From: Octopus vulgaris
Lineage: Eukaryota
Assembly (NCBI GenBank): GCA_951406725.2
Contig: OX597829.1
Span: 2,666,001-2,730,000 of the forward strand
DNA: 64,000 nt
Direction of reading: 5' to 3'
The notes below the pieces were generated by a model. The model ran no database searches, was not told where the DNA came from, and saw only the letters and a list, made by a program, of their open reading frames with translations. Below are positions 1 through 13,137 of the stretch, in pieces. The position numbers were made by a program, and so were the translations under genes. Every line of letters starts with the position of its first letter. Positions within the stretch are counted from its first letter, which is position 1.

Positions 1-15
1 GTGTATGTATGTATG

Positions 16-46
<31 letters not shown>

Positions 47-225
47 GTATGTATGTGTGTGTGTATGTATGTATGTATGTTTGTATGTGTGTGTGTATGT
101 ATGTATGTTTGTATGTATGTATGTATGTATGTATGTGTGTGTATGTATGTATGTATGTATGTATGTATGTATGTATGCATGTATGTATGTATGTGTGTGT
201 GTATGTATGTATGTATGTATGTATG

Positions 226-256
<31 letters not shown>

Positions 257-523
257 GTATGTATGTGTGTGTGTATGTATGTATGTATGTATGTATGTGT
301 GTGTGTATGTATGTATGTATGTATGTATGTATGTATGTATGTATGCATGGATGGATGGATGGATGGATGGATGGTTGGATGCATGTTTGTATGTATCTAT
401 ATATACAAACATATCCGTATGTGTGTATGTATGTATCTATATATGTTTGTGTGTATGCGTGTATGTATGTACGTGTATGTATGTATGTTTGTATGTATGT
501 ATGTATATATGTATGCATGTATG
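1..523. repeat. Compound (GTAT)n/(GT)n/(GGAT)n microsatellite
   Basis: Directly visible; explains the spurious MYVC ORFs. Confidence 0.97.
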
Positions 524-835
524 TGGCATCGTCCGTTTTTTTGTCCCTGTTTCGTATACATTCGATCCTTTTTTCCAAGAAATCTAATGCTCGTAGCTTA
601 GTTTTTCCTTGGGGCTGGCCAGATCGGAGCAATCTCAAGATTAATTAGCCGAAATTGCGAGGATGATCCGGTTCTTTACTGAAGATTAGAGGCTTCGAAT
701 GACCCGTCCGTTTTTTGTGTTGTCTATTTGAATATTTTGCGTTCTTGTCCCATTTTGTATTTTTATATATATTTTTTATATATAAATTATTGCTGCGTAA
801 CGTACACCTTGTTCTCTTATATGCATGTATGTATA

Positions 836-1061
836 CAAGATTGGCCAAAAGTCACCTAACAGTAAATCAAAACCCATTTAATTCCAAGATTAAAACAAAA
901 AATTATTTTATATGAGACTTCGCTAATAAAAAGACAAATGTTGAAAACGAAAAATGGTGATTTTAACTCAAAGAATTCATAATTGGAATGAATAAATACA
1001 ATTCCATTTTGACTATTCATGGAATTTTTATTTACTGTTGGGCGGCTTTTGGCCTACCCTG
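836..1061. mobile_element. Tc1/mariner-type MITE
   Basis: Imperfect ~32-bp TIRs (CAAGATTGGCCAAAAGTCACCTAACAGTAAAT / ATTTACTGTTGGGCGGCTTTTGGCCTACCCTG) flanked by TA on both sides. Confidence 0.75.
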
Positions 1062-1815
1062 TATGTATATAAGTGGTTTTCGTCACCGTTTACAATTATC
1101 TTTTAAAATTTTTCATATGTATCCTATAAATATAATTTTTGACGCTGGATCCAGATTTGTTATTCATTTGTTCCAGAAAAATTTTGCAAAAATGTTACAG
1201 GTGTTCAAAGCTTGATAATTTTTTAGAATTTTTAGCCAATCAAACATTTTAAGCGCATTCGCTACCTTTTTCATCATCAGGGAAAAACGTTACTACTTCC
1301 CTTGTACACGCACACACATACACACATATACTCACACAGAGTTGAAACACTGTTTGATTTTTTCTTTTCAGCGTTGAATGTTCACCATACAACTTCCATT
1401 GCACACACGCACACACACAAACACACGCACAAACATTTACGTACCTCCCGTTTACATACACACACATATACTCACAGAGAGTCGAAACGCACCTAACACA
1501 AGTTTGCCATCACCCCTTCCTTCCTTATTCGTCTATCACCCTTTCCTTTCTCATTCGTATGTTCTGACGGAGAAAAACACAAGAGTATTAGAGTAAGAAG
1601 ATTATCTTTCTTGTATCTCCTTTTTTTTCCTTGTGCGCGTGCGCAGCTTCTTTGGGTACAATGGAAAGAGAGCTTTTCGCCACGGTGATGTGCAAAATAT
1701 TCGCTTCTGATTGGCTAAAATACCCAAAGTTTGCAATTTTTAGAGGCTAATAACTTTTTAAGTATGAATTTATATCGAAAATTAATTTGTAATCAGTGAC
1801 GAAAACCACAAAGAT

Positions 1816-1817
<2 letters not shown>

Positions 1818-1876
<59 letters not shown>

Positions 1877-1913
1877 CTCTCTAGTTTCAGCTCAGAGCTG
1901 CGGCCATGCTGAT

Positions 1914-1993
<80 letters not shown>

Positions 1994-2017
1994 GATAAAT
2001 AGATAGATAGAAAGATT

Positions 2018-2101
<84 letters not shown>

Positions 2102-2104
2102 TAT
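1818..2104. repeat. (TA)n and (GATA)n microsatellites
   Basis: Directly visible. Confidence 0.95.
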
Positions 2105-2324
2105 ACGTTGATAAAAATGGTAAGACAACAAAAGAAAGAAATAGACCTCGATATTATGTAAATAAAGGAATTTATCTGTAAATATGTGACAATTATTCGG
2201 TAGTCATGATAAAACTCCACGCCGCCATCTCTTCAGTTATCCGGCCATCGACCAAAACCACATTTAAGAGCAATCTTCAAAAGAAATGAAAAATGAAAAA
2301 CTTTTACCTTGTTATTTTTATTCC

Positions 2325-2395
2325 GGTCAGACATAGGTTTCTAAATTTTTTCAGTAAATAAAATAATTTGCTAGGTAAATTTTTCATCAGTGACC
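2325..2395 (-). ncRNA. Type I hammerhead ribozyme motif (Penelope-like)
   Basis: Minus strand reads GGUCA-CUGAUGA-A-AAAUUU...AAAUUU-A-GAAAC-CUAU-GUC-UGACC: perfect 5-bp stem I, full core, GUC triplet, 2-bp stem III. Confidence 0.75.
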
Positions 2396-2503
2396 GCGCC
2401 ATAACATTGTCATATAATTAAGAGACGATTAACAAGTGTTTCTTCGTTATACATTATATTTTTTCAAATTCACCGCGCAAGCGCAGTTTCAGTGTTATGG
2501 CGC

Positions 2504-2574
2504 GGTGACTGATGAACAATTCGCCTAGCAAATTATTTTATTTGCTAAAAAAATTTAGAAACCTATGTCTGACC
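2504..2574 (+). ncRNA. Type I hammerhead ribozyme motif (second arm, slightly degenerate)
   Basis: GGUGA-CUGAUGA(2509-2515)...A-GAAAC-CUAU-GUC(2567-2569)-UGACC; one stem I mismatch and stem II substitutions. Confidence 0.62.
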
Positions 2575-2802
2575 GGAATAAAAATAACAAGGTAAAAGTT
2601 TTTATTTTTCATTCCTTTTAAAGATTGCTCTTAAAAGTGGTTTTGGTCGTTTTGATTAGTTCTAGCGTGTAAAAACTGCCTGTTGAAGGCAGTTTTCTCT
2701 TGTGTTTAAATGTACACTATTTTATATTGAGAATATGTTGTCTATTGACTTTTTATACATGCTAGGCCACTGGTGGTGAAATTTCTAAATAAAAATTCAC
2801 TA

Positions 2803-3188
2803 GGCGCAGGAGTGGCTGTGTGGTAAGTAGCTTGCTTACCAACCACATGGTTCCGGGCTCAGTCCCACTGCGTGGCATCTTGGGCAAGTGTCTTCTGCTA
2901 TAGCCCCGGGCCAACCAAAGCCATGTGAGTGGATTTGATAGACGGAAACTGAAAGAAGCCCGTCGTATATATGTATATATATATGTACGTGTGTGTATAT
3001 GTTTGTGTGTCTGTGTTTGTCCCCCTAGCATTGCTTGACAACCGATGCTGGTGTGTTTACGTCCCCGTCACTTAGCGGTTCGGCAAAAGAGACCGATAGA
3101 ATAAGTATTGGGATTACAAAGAATAAGTCCTGGGGTCGATTTACTCGACTAAAGGCGGCAGTCAAATGACTGAAACAAGTAAAAGAGT
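2803..3188 (+). mobile_element. tRNA-derived SINE, family A (near full length)
   Basis: A-box-like TGGCTGTGTGG, B-box-like GGCTCAGTCCC, CORE-like CTTGGGCAAGTGTCTT, internal (TA/TG)n; many similar copies in this window. Confidence 0.88.
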
Positions 3189-3206
3189 ACCATATATATA
3201 TTTTAC

Positions 3207-3241
<35 letters not shown>

Positions 3242-3323
3242 AATATGTATATGTATATATATATATATGTATACATATATACATACATATATATATATAC
3301 ATACATATATATATATACATATA

Positions 3324-3361
<38 letters not shown>

Positions 3362-3364
<3 letters not shown>

Positions 3365-3942
3365 TGATTAGTCAAAATAATTGAAACGCCTAGCATCATA
3401 ATTTTGAAATATCTATAAAACCGTCAAAATTTTGTTTATTTTAATGTTTTTGATTTATTATTAGTGTTGCTTTATATGTTTTGGGGACTATATATTGGAA
3501 ATCCGCCGACCCAATGGTCAAGACTATTTAAATATTTTATCTGATCAAATTCATCCTATAGAGAGAAACGCAATCTTTCAAGATGATAATGCACCAATTC
3601 ACACAGCTAAAGTTGTTACTGAATGGCACGGGGAACATTCTAGGGAAGTTGAGCATGTTATCTGGCCACCACAGTCCCCAAATCTCAATATTATTGAACA
3701 TTTATGGTGCATTTTAAAAAAACAATTAAGGAGTTGATATCCTCTGCCATCATCACTACAAGAACTGGAGACTGTTTTAGCTGAAGAATCGACAAAAATT
3801 CCTTTGGAAACAATTCAAACTTTGTACGAGTCCATACCTCGTAGAATTCAATATGTAATTACTGCCAAAGGCGGTCCTATTCCATATTAAAATAAATTTG
3901 CTTGAAATGTTAAGGCGTTTCCATTATTTTGTCCAACCCCTG
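3362..3942 (+). mobile_element. Internally deleted Tc1 DNA transposon with transposase C-terminal remnant
   Basis: TIRs CAGTGATTAGTCAAAATAATTGAAACGCCT / AGGCGTTTCCATTATTTTGTCCAACCCCTG with TA TSD; ORF 3495-3737 has FQDDNAPIH...WPPQSPNLNIIEHLW (DD34E type). Confidence 0.92.
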
Positions 3943-4009
3943 TATGTGTGTGTGTGTGTATGTGTGTAAGTATGTGAGCATATATATGCATACATACATA
4001 CATATATAT

Positions 4010-4016
4010 ATAGATT

Positions 4017-4086
<70 letters not shown>

Positions 4087-4143
4087 CAGACATACAGACA
4101 GATAGACAGACAGATAGACAGACATACAGACAGACAGACAGAC

Positions 4144-4180
<37 letters not shown>

Positions 4181-4197
4181 TATAGATAGATAGATAT

Positions 4198-4257
<60 letters not shown>

Positions 4258-4295
4258 ACAGACAGGTAGACAGACTGGTTGATAGATAGGTAGAT
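4010..4295. repeat. (GATA)n/(GACA)n microsatellite
   Basis: Directly visible. Confidence 0.95.
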
Positions 4296-5362
4296 AACTT
4301 TCTTTATTGGCCACACAGGGCTGGACACAGAGGGGACAATTACAAATGTAGAGCTTTTCATTTCGGAGGTGGAAAAGGAAAAAGAAGAAAAAAAGGAAAT
4401 AAACGTAAAATTTCGATCGAAAGGGATCGGAAGAAAAAAAGCGATCAAAAGGGATCGTCTATCACAGAAAGAAAAAAAATTTTTTTTTTGAAAGTAACAA
4501 ACAAGATTACGTTCATCCGTGGAAAGAAAAGCCTACAGAAAAGACCACGGTAACCCCAGGCAGGGAGGGAAAAAAACACATGAAAGCAAAGTGCTCTCTC
4601 TTTTACGATTTACAGGATCATGCACAAAGTGTTTTCATCACTCGCGCGCACCATCTTTGCTACATTGATCCACCTTTTTGTGAAACTTTCACGAGACAAA
4701 ACCTGCCTCTCCATTCTCACCTTCCTTTTCATGTGGTACTTGAGAAAGTTGATGAGCGATTGGCCAGAGACGTAAGTGTTTGTCTCTAATCCTTTCGCTC
4801 GAGTCCACCACACACATTCTTTCACCATAGCCACCAGTACGATGAAAACTGCCTTGCCTTCCGGGTTGAGGAAAGGAGGCGGTGCTATTTACACGATAGA
4901 CTCGTCCCACACGTGACAGCAGCCGTTCGGCATAAGCCCACAAGTCCGAAATGGATGGACACTGCACGAGTTCGTGCAGAACGGTTTCGTCGCCCTGACC
5001 GCATCTCGGCAAGTCGGTCCAGTGTGTCTCGAACCGTGCCTGTAGAGCTTATCCCGAACAGGTAATGCTTCTCGATAGCACTGCCAGGCCAGAGATCTTT
5101 CGTGATTGTCCATAGGTCCCGGCCCGAAAGTTGTCCTGAACAGGCGGGTTAGGTGTCTCTCGTCGACGCCCAGATTCTGCCCGAGAACGTCGTCGCACCT
5201 CCCCTCCACTAGTCCTCTATAGAACGCCTTTGTTGTAATGAAGTCGCACAAATTTGGTCCCGGACGGCACGCGACACTCGCGGTGCCATTCGCCTAGCCT
5301 CGGTCTCTGTTTGATCCATAATTGTAGTTCGGCCAAGGAGACGAGCTGCTGGAAAGCGCGTC

Positions 5363-5363
<1 letters not shown>
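4296..5363 (-). mobile_element. 5'-truncated Tx1/L1-clade LINE (ORF2 C-terminal zinc domain plus 3' UTR)
   Basis: Frameshifted RSLAWQCYREALPVRDKLYRHG...C-PRCGQGDETVLHELVQC..ISDLW (zf-RVT-like); AATAAA near the 3' end; (GATA)n on both flanks. Confidence 0.8.
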
Positions 5364-5461
<98 letters not shown>

Positions 5462-5994
5462 AAGGTAGACAGAGGGACAGATAGATAGATAGATATAGAT
5501 ATAGATAGAATCAAGTAAAGGTAATAACTGACAAAAAAGAAAAAGAAACAACCAAGATTCAACCAAATCAAAATATAAACCCAAATACTAAGCGAACAAA
5601 GATGAACCATCCCACTTCCATTGCGCACGTACACGCACACACATAAACACACACACATACACGTACACACACACACACATTCACATTCCTCCCTTTTACA
5701 CACGCATATATTCACACAGAGTTGAAACGCTGTTTGATTTATTTTTTAGCGTACACTACCAAGTATGTCATCACACCTTTCTTCTTTATTCATCTATCAC
5801 CCCTTCCTTTCTCACTCACAAACACAAGAGTATCATTATAGTAGATTATCTCCGTAACCATGAGAACTATGAAAAAAAGTACAAAGCCCAGCATCACCAT
5901 CGGATCATTCTACACATGTGTGTAAATTTTCGCGCATTTCCACCCAGCCGTTTGACCGTGAATCCCAAGACAAGAAAGAATCGCCCATGTCAAG

Positions 5995-6094
<100 letters not shown>

Positions 6095-6183
6095 CATACA
6101 TATATATATATACATATATATATGCGTGTGTATGTATATATATATATATACACACACATACATACATACATACATACATACTT

Positions 6184-6214
<31 letters not shown>

Positions 6215-6815
6215 TACATACATACATACATACATACATACATACATACATACATACATACATACATACATACATACATACATACATACATACATACATA
6301 CATACATACATAGGTATATCGTTATCTTGGCTTGTGTGTAGGAAGATACATAAAGAAATAGATGGATATTAAGAAAGGCTTACAGGTTACAACAGTCAGA
6401 TATATATATATAGGTTAATCTGACGAAACATATTTATTTGGTTCGTAAAGAAAACATGTATTTCCTTCATTGGGTTAAGTGTCAAACGTCATTTATTATT
6501 TCGAAGGTCATCTTCACATCCGAATTCGGGTCATATTTCGTACTTAAACAATAGATCACTGTGTTATCATGTTTATGCTATATTTCTAGTGCAGCAATCA
6601 GCAAATACCTTGGATCCCTATAAAGAAAACAAAACAATAAGAACAGTTTTTAAGAGATAACGCTGTTATATATCGTGAGAAATGTACTGGTGAACACTAC
6701 AATGGCTACTAGTTTCTCAATTCTGAATAAATGTCAACGTCACACATGCACCCTCGCGCACAGGCATACAGACGAATACGTACATACATACATACATACA
6801 TACAAACATACAAAC

Positions 6816-6846
<31 letters not shown>

Positions 6847-6981
6847 GTCCTCTGGATCTGTACTTTAAATCATCCTCCCATACATATTTACTTTCATCAA
6901 TATAACATATATATTCACTTTATTTATTTTTTTATTTTATTGTACATACACACACACACATACATAGATACATACACACAC

Positions 6982-7012
<31 letters not shown>

Positions 7013-8159
7013 TACATACATACATACATACACACATACATACTTACACACACACACACACACATAGATACATACACACACACACATACATATACACATA
7101 CACCGAGTAAAAAATTACACTGAATCGACCATACATACATACACACATACATACATACATACACATACACAGATACATAGATACATACACACACACACAT
7201 ACATGCAGACATACATATACACATACACCGAGTAAAAAATTACGATGAATCGGCCATACATACATACATACACACACACATACTTACACACACACACATA
7301 CATAGATACATACACACACACACATACATGCATACATACATATACACATACACCGAGTAAAAAATCAGTTATCTCTCTCTTTCACACATTACTCTCTCTG
7401 TCTCTTCGCACACACTAACAGAAGCACTTCACTTACACAACATACTGTCTGTCTCCCACACCCCATCAAACACACACAGGCCGATTTCAAAGAGAAACCT
7501 TCTCGTCATAAAATCGCTTCCTCTTAGTCTCTTTCGCTCTCATTACTTATGTAAAAAAATAAAAGTTTTTTACGGAAATCGACGGAAATCTGTGCTACGA
7601 CATGCGAAACTTCGCCTTATATTTTATAATTTAGCGTACTTGGATTCATAACAAACTTACGATAAATCTAACAACCGTATGTTTACTTTGCAACAAACCG
7701 GTGTTATAAATTTTAAGTTACCCAATGAAATAATTATCTGACTTAGTAACATACTGATATTTAAAAATATATTTATATCTAAATTAGATATTTTATGAAA
7801 TGCATGGGTGGTTCTTTTTCGTTTTTGAGGCATAGTTATAATTTTGAAGGACTAAATGGTAGCATAGTTGCTTCCCTTTTTGTTTATCTATGTGCTAGTT
7901 GTTGCTTGTGATTATGTATGTGTATAAGTGTATGTATATAGATATAACTATGTGTGTATGTGCGATTGATCTGTAGATGCGCGTGTGAATATTGGCGTTC
8001 CTTGACTAACCAACCGTATAATTTTCTTTTGTGATTTAAATTTCAAGTCAATAGCCAATCGAATTAATCTAAATTTTCTTTACCTAGTGGTCAGCATTTC
8101 TAAACTCATAGTTATTTCGATCTTGAAAGGATGGACTTGGTGCAAACATAACTGTATCT

Positions 8160-8213
<54 letters not shown>

Positions 8214-8569
8214 ATTAATAGTAATTTTTATTAACTTTTATAGCTTTAGAATTTTATGAACTGAACCATGGTTTTAATTATTTTAATTATTATTTTTCAT
8301 CTACCTATGTGTTAGTTTTTTTTTTTTTTTTTTTTTTAAACTATTAGCCAAATATGTATAATATCGGTGTTTATTAATATTAATATATACACTGATATAT
8401 ATTTTGTTTTATTTTGTTCTGTTTACCTTCCATTATTGTACCAATGAGTATTATATTATATAAGTGTAGCATTATGATGTATAAGTTTTTATATTTTACA
8501 TTTTTATATTTTTATATTTATATGTATATGGTTATATAATATTTTTCACAATTATAACTAATTTAATTT

Positions 8570-8685
8570 AATTCTCTGAAGAGGCCGTGGGGCATCCTTG
8601 TTAATGCCTCATTTATACCTGCCTTTATGGCTTATAGGTTAAATGAGGTATGACTGCCCTCACTGCCGAAACAGCTGTCAGTTTT
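8570..8685 (+). ncRNA. Type I hammerhead ribozyme motif with extended stem II (array copy 1)
   Basis: CUGAAGA 8576-8582; GGC/GCC closing stem II; GAAA 8668-8671; palindromic ACAGCUGU stem III; GUC ending at 8679; stem I weak (2 bp, 2 U-U mismatches, 2 bp). Confidence 0.75.
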
Positions 8686-8866
8686 GATTTAATTACATAT
8701 TATATTTGAAATTTTTTACTTATATCTCTTTGTCTTTTTACTTTTACTATTACTGTATATTTTGAATGCCTTTACTCATATGTAATGGTGTATTAAAGTA
8801 TTGATTGGGTATCATCGGATAGTTGATGTTTTATTGATTTAAGCATGTTTCTCCATTCTCTAATTT

Positions 8867-8914
<48 letters not shown>

Positions 8915-9014
8915 CATACATACATACACATACATACATACCTACATACATGCACACATACAAACATACGTACGCACATACATACATACATACATACATA
9001 CATACATACATACA

Positions 9015-9089
<75 letters not shown>

Positions 9090-9097
<8 letters not shown>

Positions 9098-9300
9098 TGC
9101 CCCCTCATTATCGAGTATGGCCATTGCACGAAGCTTAACTGTTACTGGTGCTGTGATCGAATGTGACTTTTTAGCCCAGCTAAAGATCTACAATGTCTTG
9201 TACAGAATTGGCAACTAAAACCTTTACCGGTAATAGCCGGCTGTAGTTGTAACTGGGCTTCATGTACCTTTTCATGTCGTTTAAGTCCTCCTGCCGAATT
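9090..9300 (-). mobile_element. RTE-like LINE 3' end (C2H2 zinc-finger-like tail); repeated at ~12137-12348 and ~15159-15370
   Basis: GGLKRHEKVH...[22 protein letters not shown] then a short 3' UTR (ATGGCCATACTCG...GCAGCCATC) and a (TA)n tail. Confidence 0.7.
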
Positions 9301-9870
9301 ACACATACATACATACATACATACATACATACATACATACATACATACATACATACATACATACATAGGTATATCGTTATCTTGGCTTGTGTGTAGGAAG
9401 ATACATAAAGAAATAGATGGATATTAAGAAAGGCTTACAGGTTACAACAGTCAGATATATATATATAGGTTAATCTGACGAAACATATTTATTTGGTTCG
9501 TAAAGAAAACATGTATTTCCTTCATTGGGTTAAGTGTCAAACGTCATTTATTATTTCGAAGGTCATCTTCACATCCGAATTCGGGTCATATTTCGTACTT
9601 AAACAATAGATCACTGTGTTATCATGTTTATGCTATATTTCTAGTGCAGCAATCAGCAAATACCTTGGACCCCTATAAAGAAAACAAAACAATAAGAACA
9701 GTTTTTAAGAGATAACGCTGTTATATATCGTGAGAAATGTACTGGTGAACACTACAATGGCTACTAGTTTCTCAATTCTGAATAAATGTCAACGTCACAC
9801 ATGCACCCTCGCGCACAGGCATACAGACGAATACGTACATACATACATACATACATACAAACATACAAAC

Positions 9871-9901
<31 letters not shown>

Positions 9902-10036
9902 GTCCTCTGGATCTGTACTTTAAATCATCCTCCCATACATATTTACTTTCATCAATATAACATATATATTCACTTTATTTATTTTTTTATTTTATTGTAC
10001 ATACACACACACACATACATAGATACATACACACAC

Positions 10037-10067
<31 letters not shown>

Positions 10068-11214
10068 TACATACATACATACATACACACATACATACTT
10101 ACACACACACACACACACATAGATACATACACACACACACATACATATACACATACACCGAGTAAAAAATTACACTGAATCGACCATACATACATACACA
10201 CATACATACATACATACACATACACAGATACATAGATACATACACACACACACATACATGCAGACATACATATACACATACACCGAGTAAAAAATTACGA
10301 TGAATCGGCCATACATACATACATACACACACACATACTTACACACACACACATACATAGATACATACACACACACACATACATGCATACATACATATAC
10401 ACATACACCGAGTAAAAAATCAGTTATCTCTCTCTTTCACACATTACTCTCTCTGTCTCTTCGCACACACTAACAGAAGCACTTCACTTACACAACATAC
10501 TGTCTGTCTCCCACACCCCATCAAACACACACAGGCCGATTTCAAAGAGAAACCTTCTCGTCATAAAATCGCTTCCTCTTAGTCTCTTTCGCTCTCATTA
10601 CTTATGTAAAAAAATAAAAGTTTTTTACGGAAATCGACGGAAATCTGTGCTACGACATGCGAAACTTCGCCTTATATTTTATAATTTAGCGTACTTGGAT
10701 TCATAACAAACTTACGATAAATCTAACAACCGTATGTTTACTTTGCAACAAACCGGTGTTATAAATTTTAAGTTACCCAATGAAATAATTATCTGACTTA
10801 GTAACATACTGATATTTAAAAATATATTTATATCTAAATTAGATATTTTATGAAATGCATGGGTGGTTCTTTTTCGTTTTTGAGGCATAGTTATAATTTT
10901 GAAGGACTAAATGGTAGCATAGTTGCTTCCCTTTTTGTTTATCTATGTGCTAGTTGTTGCTTGTGATTATGTATGTGTATAAGTGTATGTATATAGATAT
11001 AACTATGTGTGTATGTGCGATTGATCTGTAGATGCGCGTGTGAATATTGGCGTTCCTTGACTAACCAACCGTATAATTTTCTTTTGTGATTTAAATTTCA
11101 AGTCAATAGCCAATCGAATTAATCTAAATTTTCTTTACCTAGTGGTCAGCATTTCTAAACTCATAGTTATTTCGATCTTGAAAGGATGGACTTGGTGCAA
11201 ACATAACTGTATCT

Positions 11215-11268
<54 letters not shown>

Positions 11269-11624
11269 ATTAATAGTAATTTTTATTAACTTTTATAGCT
11301 TTAGAATTTTATGAACTGAACCATGGTTTTAATTATTTTAATTATTATTTTTCATCTACCTATGTGTTAGTTTTTTTTTTTTTTTTTTTTTTAAACTATT
11401 AGCCAAATATGTATAATATCGGTGTTTATTAATATTAATATATACACTGATATATATTTTGTTTTATTTTGTTCTGTTTACCTTCCATTATTGTACCAAT
11501 GAGTATTATATTATATAAGTGTAGCATTATGATGTATAAGTTTTTATATTTTACATTTTTATATTTTTATATTTATATGTATATGGTTATATAATATTTT
11601 TCACAATTATAACTAATTTAATTT

Positions 11625-11740
11625 AATTCTCTGAAGAGGCCGTGGGGCATCCTTGTTAATGCCTCATTTATACCTGCCTTTATGGCTTATAGGTTAAATG
11701 AGGTATGACTGCCCTCACTGCCGAAACAGCTGTCAGTTTT
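11625..11740 (+). ncRNA. Hammerhead ribozyme motif (array copy 2)
   Basis: Same sequence as copy 1; CUGAAGA 11631-11637, GUC ending at 11734. Confidence 0.75.
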
Positions 11741-11923
11741 GATTTAATTACATATTATATTTGAAATTTTTTACTTATATCTCTTTGTCTTTTTACTTTT
11801 ACTATTACTGTATATTTTGAATGCCTTTACTCATATGTAATGGTGTATTAAAGTATTGATTGGGTATCATCGGATAGTTGATGTTTTATTGATTTAAGCA
11901 TGTTTCTCCATTCTCTAATTTTG

Positions 11924-11960
<37 letters not shown>

Positions 11961-12040
11961 CATACATACATACACATACATACATACCTACATACATGCA
12001 CACATACAAACATACGTACGCACATACATACATACATACA

Positions 12041-12143
<103 letters not shown>

Positions 12144-12940
12144 TGCCCCCTCATTATCGAGTATGGCCATTGCACGAAGCTTAACTGTTACTGGTGCTGT
12201 GATCGAATGTGACTTTTTAGCCCAGCTAAAGATCTACAATGTCTTGTACAGAATTGGCAACTAAAACCTTTACCGGTAATAGCCGGCTGTAGTTGTAACT
12301 GGGCTTCATGTACCTTTTCATGTCGTTTAAGTCCTCCTGCCGAATTACACATACATACATACATACATACATACATACATACATACATACATACATACAT
12401 ACATACATACATACATACATACATACATACATACATAGGTATATCGTTATCTTGGCTTGTGTGTAGGAAGATACATAAAGAAATAGATGGATATTAAGAA
12501 AGGCTTACAGGTTACAACAGTCAGATATATATATATAGGTTAATCTGACGAAACATATTTATTTGGTTCGTAAAGAAAACATGTATTTCCTTCATTGGGT
12601 TAAGTGTCAAACGTCATTTATTATTTCGAAGGTCATCTTCACATCCGAATTCGGGTCATATTTCGTACTTAAACAATAGATCACTGTGTTATCATGTTTA
12701 TGCTATATTTCTAGTGCAGCAATCAGCAAATACCTTGGACCCCTATAAAGAAAACAAAACAATAAGAACAGTTTTTAAGAGATAACGCTGTTATATATCG
12801 TGAGAAATGTACTGGTGAACACTACAATGGCTACTAGTTTCTCAATTCTGAATAAATGTCAACGTCACACATGCACCCTCGCGCACAGGCATACAGACGA
12901 ATACGTACATACATACATACATACATACAAACATACAAAC

Positions 12941-12971
<31 letters not shown>

Positions 12972-13106
12972 GTCCTCTGGATCTGTACTTTAAATCATCC
13001 TCCCATACATATTTACTTTCATCAATATAACATATATATTCACTTTATTTATTTTTTTATTTTATTGTACATACACACACACACATACATAGATACATAC
13101 ACACAC

Positions 13107-13137
<31 letters not shown>

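Larger units (their letters stand above)
2249..2649. mobile_element. Inverted repeat (~158-bp arms, ~86-bp spacer), Penelope-like pLTR palindrome
   Basis: 2249-2406 is the near reverse complement of 2493-2649; each arm carries a hammerhead motif. Confidence 0.8.

Noticed and set aside
2180-2240. Minus-strand CTGAAGA...GAATAATTGTC hammerhead candidate
   Set aside because: GAAA is mutated and there is no stem I
2803-2880. tRNA gene
   Set aside because: The A and B boxes belong to a multi-copy SINE head; no complete cloverleaf
6414-6466. Second hammerhead candidate in the unit (CTGACGA...GAAAACATGTA)
   Set aside because: No convincing stem I or stem II pairing
9142-9366. C2H2 zinc-finger peptide as a host ZNF exon (three copies)
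   Set aside because: It is followed directly by an RTE-like 3' UTR and (TA)n tail, lacks TGEKP linkers, and is better explained as a LINE C-terminus
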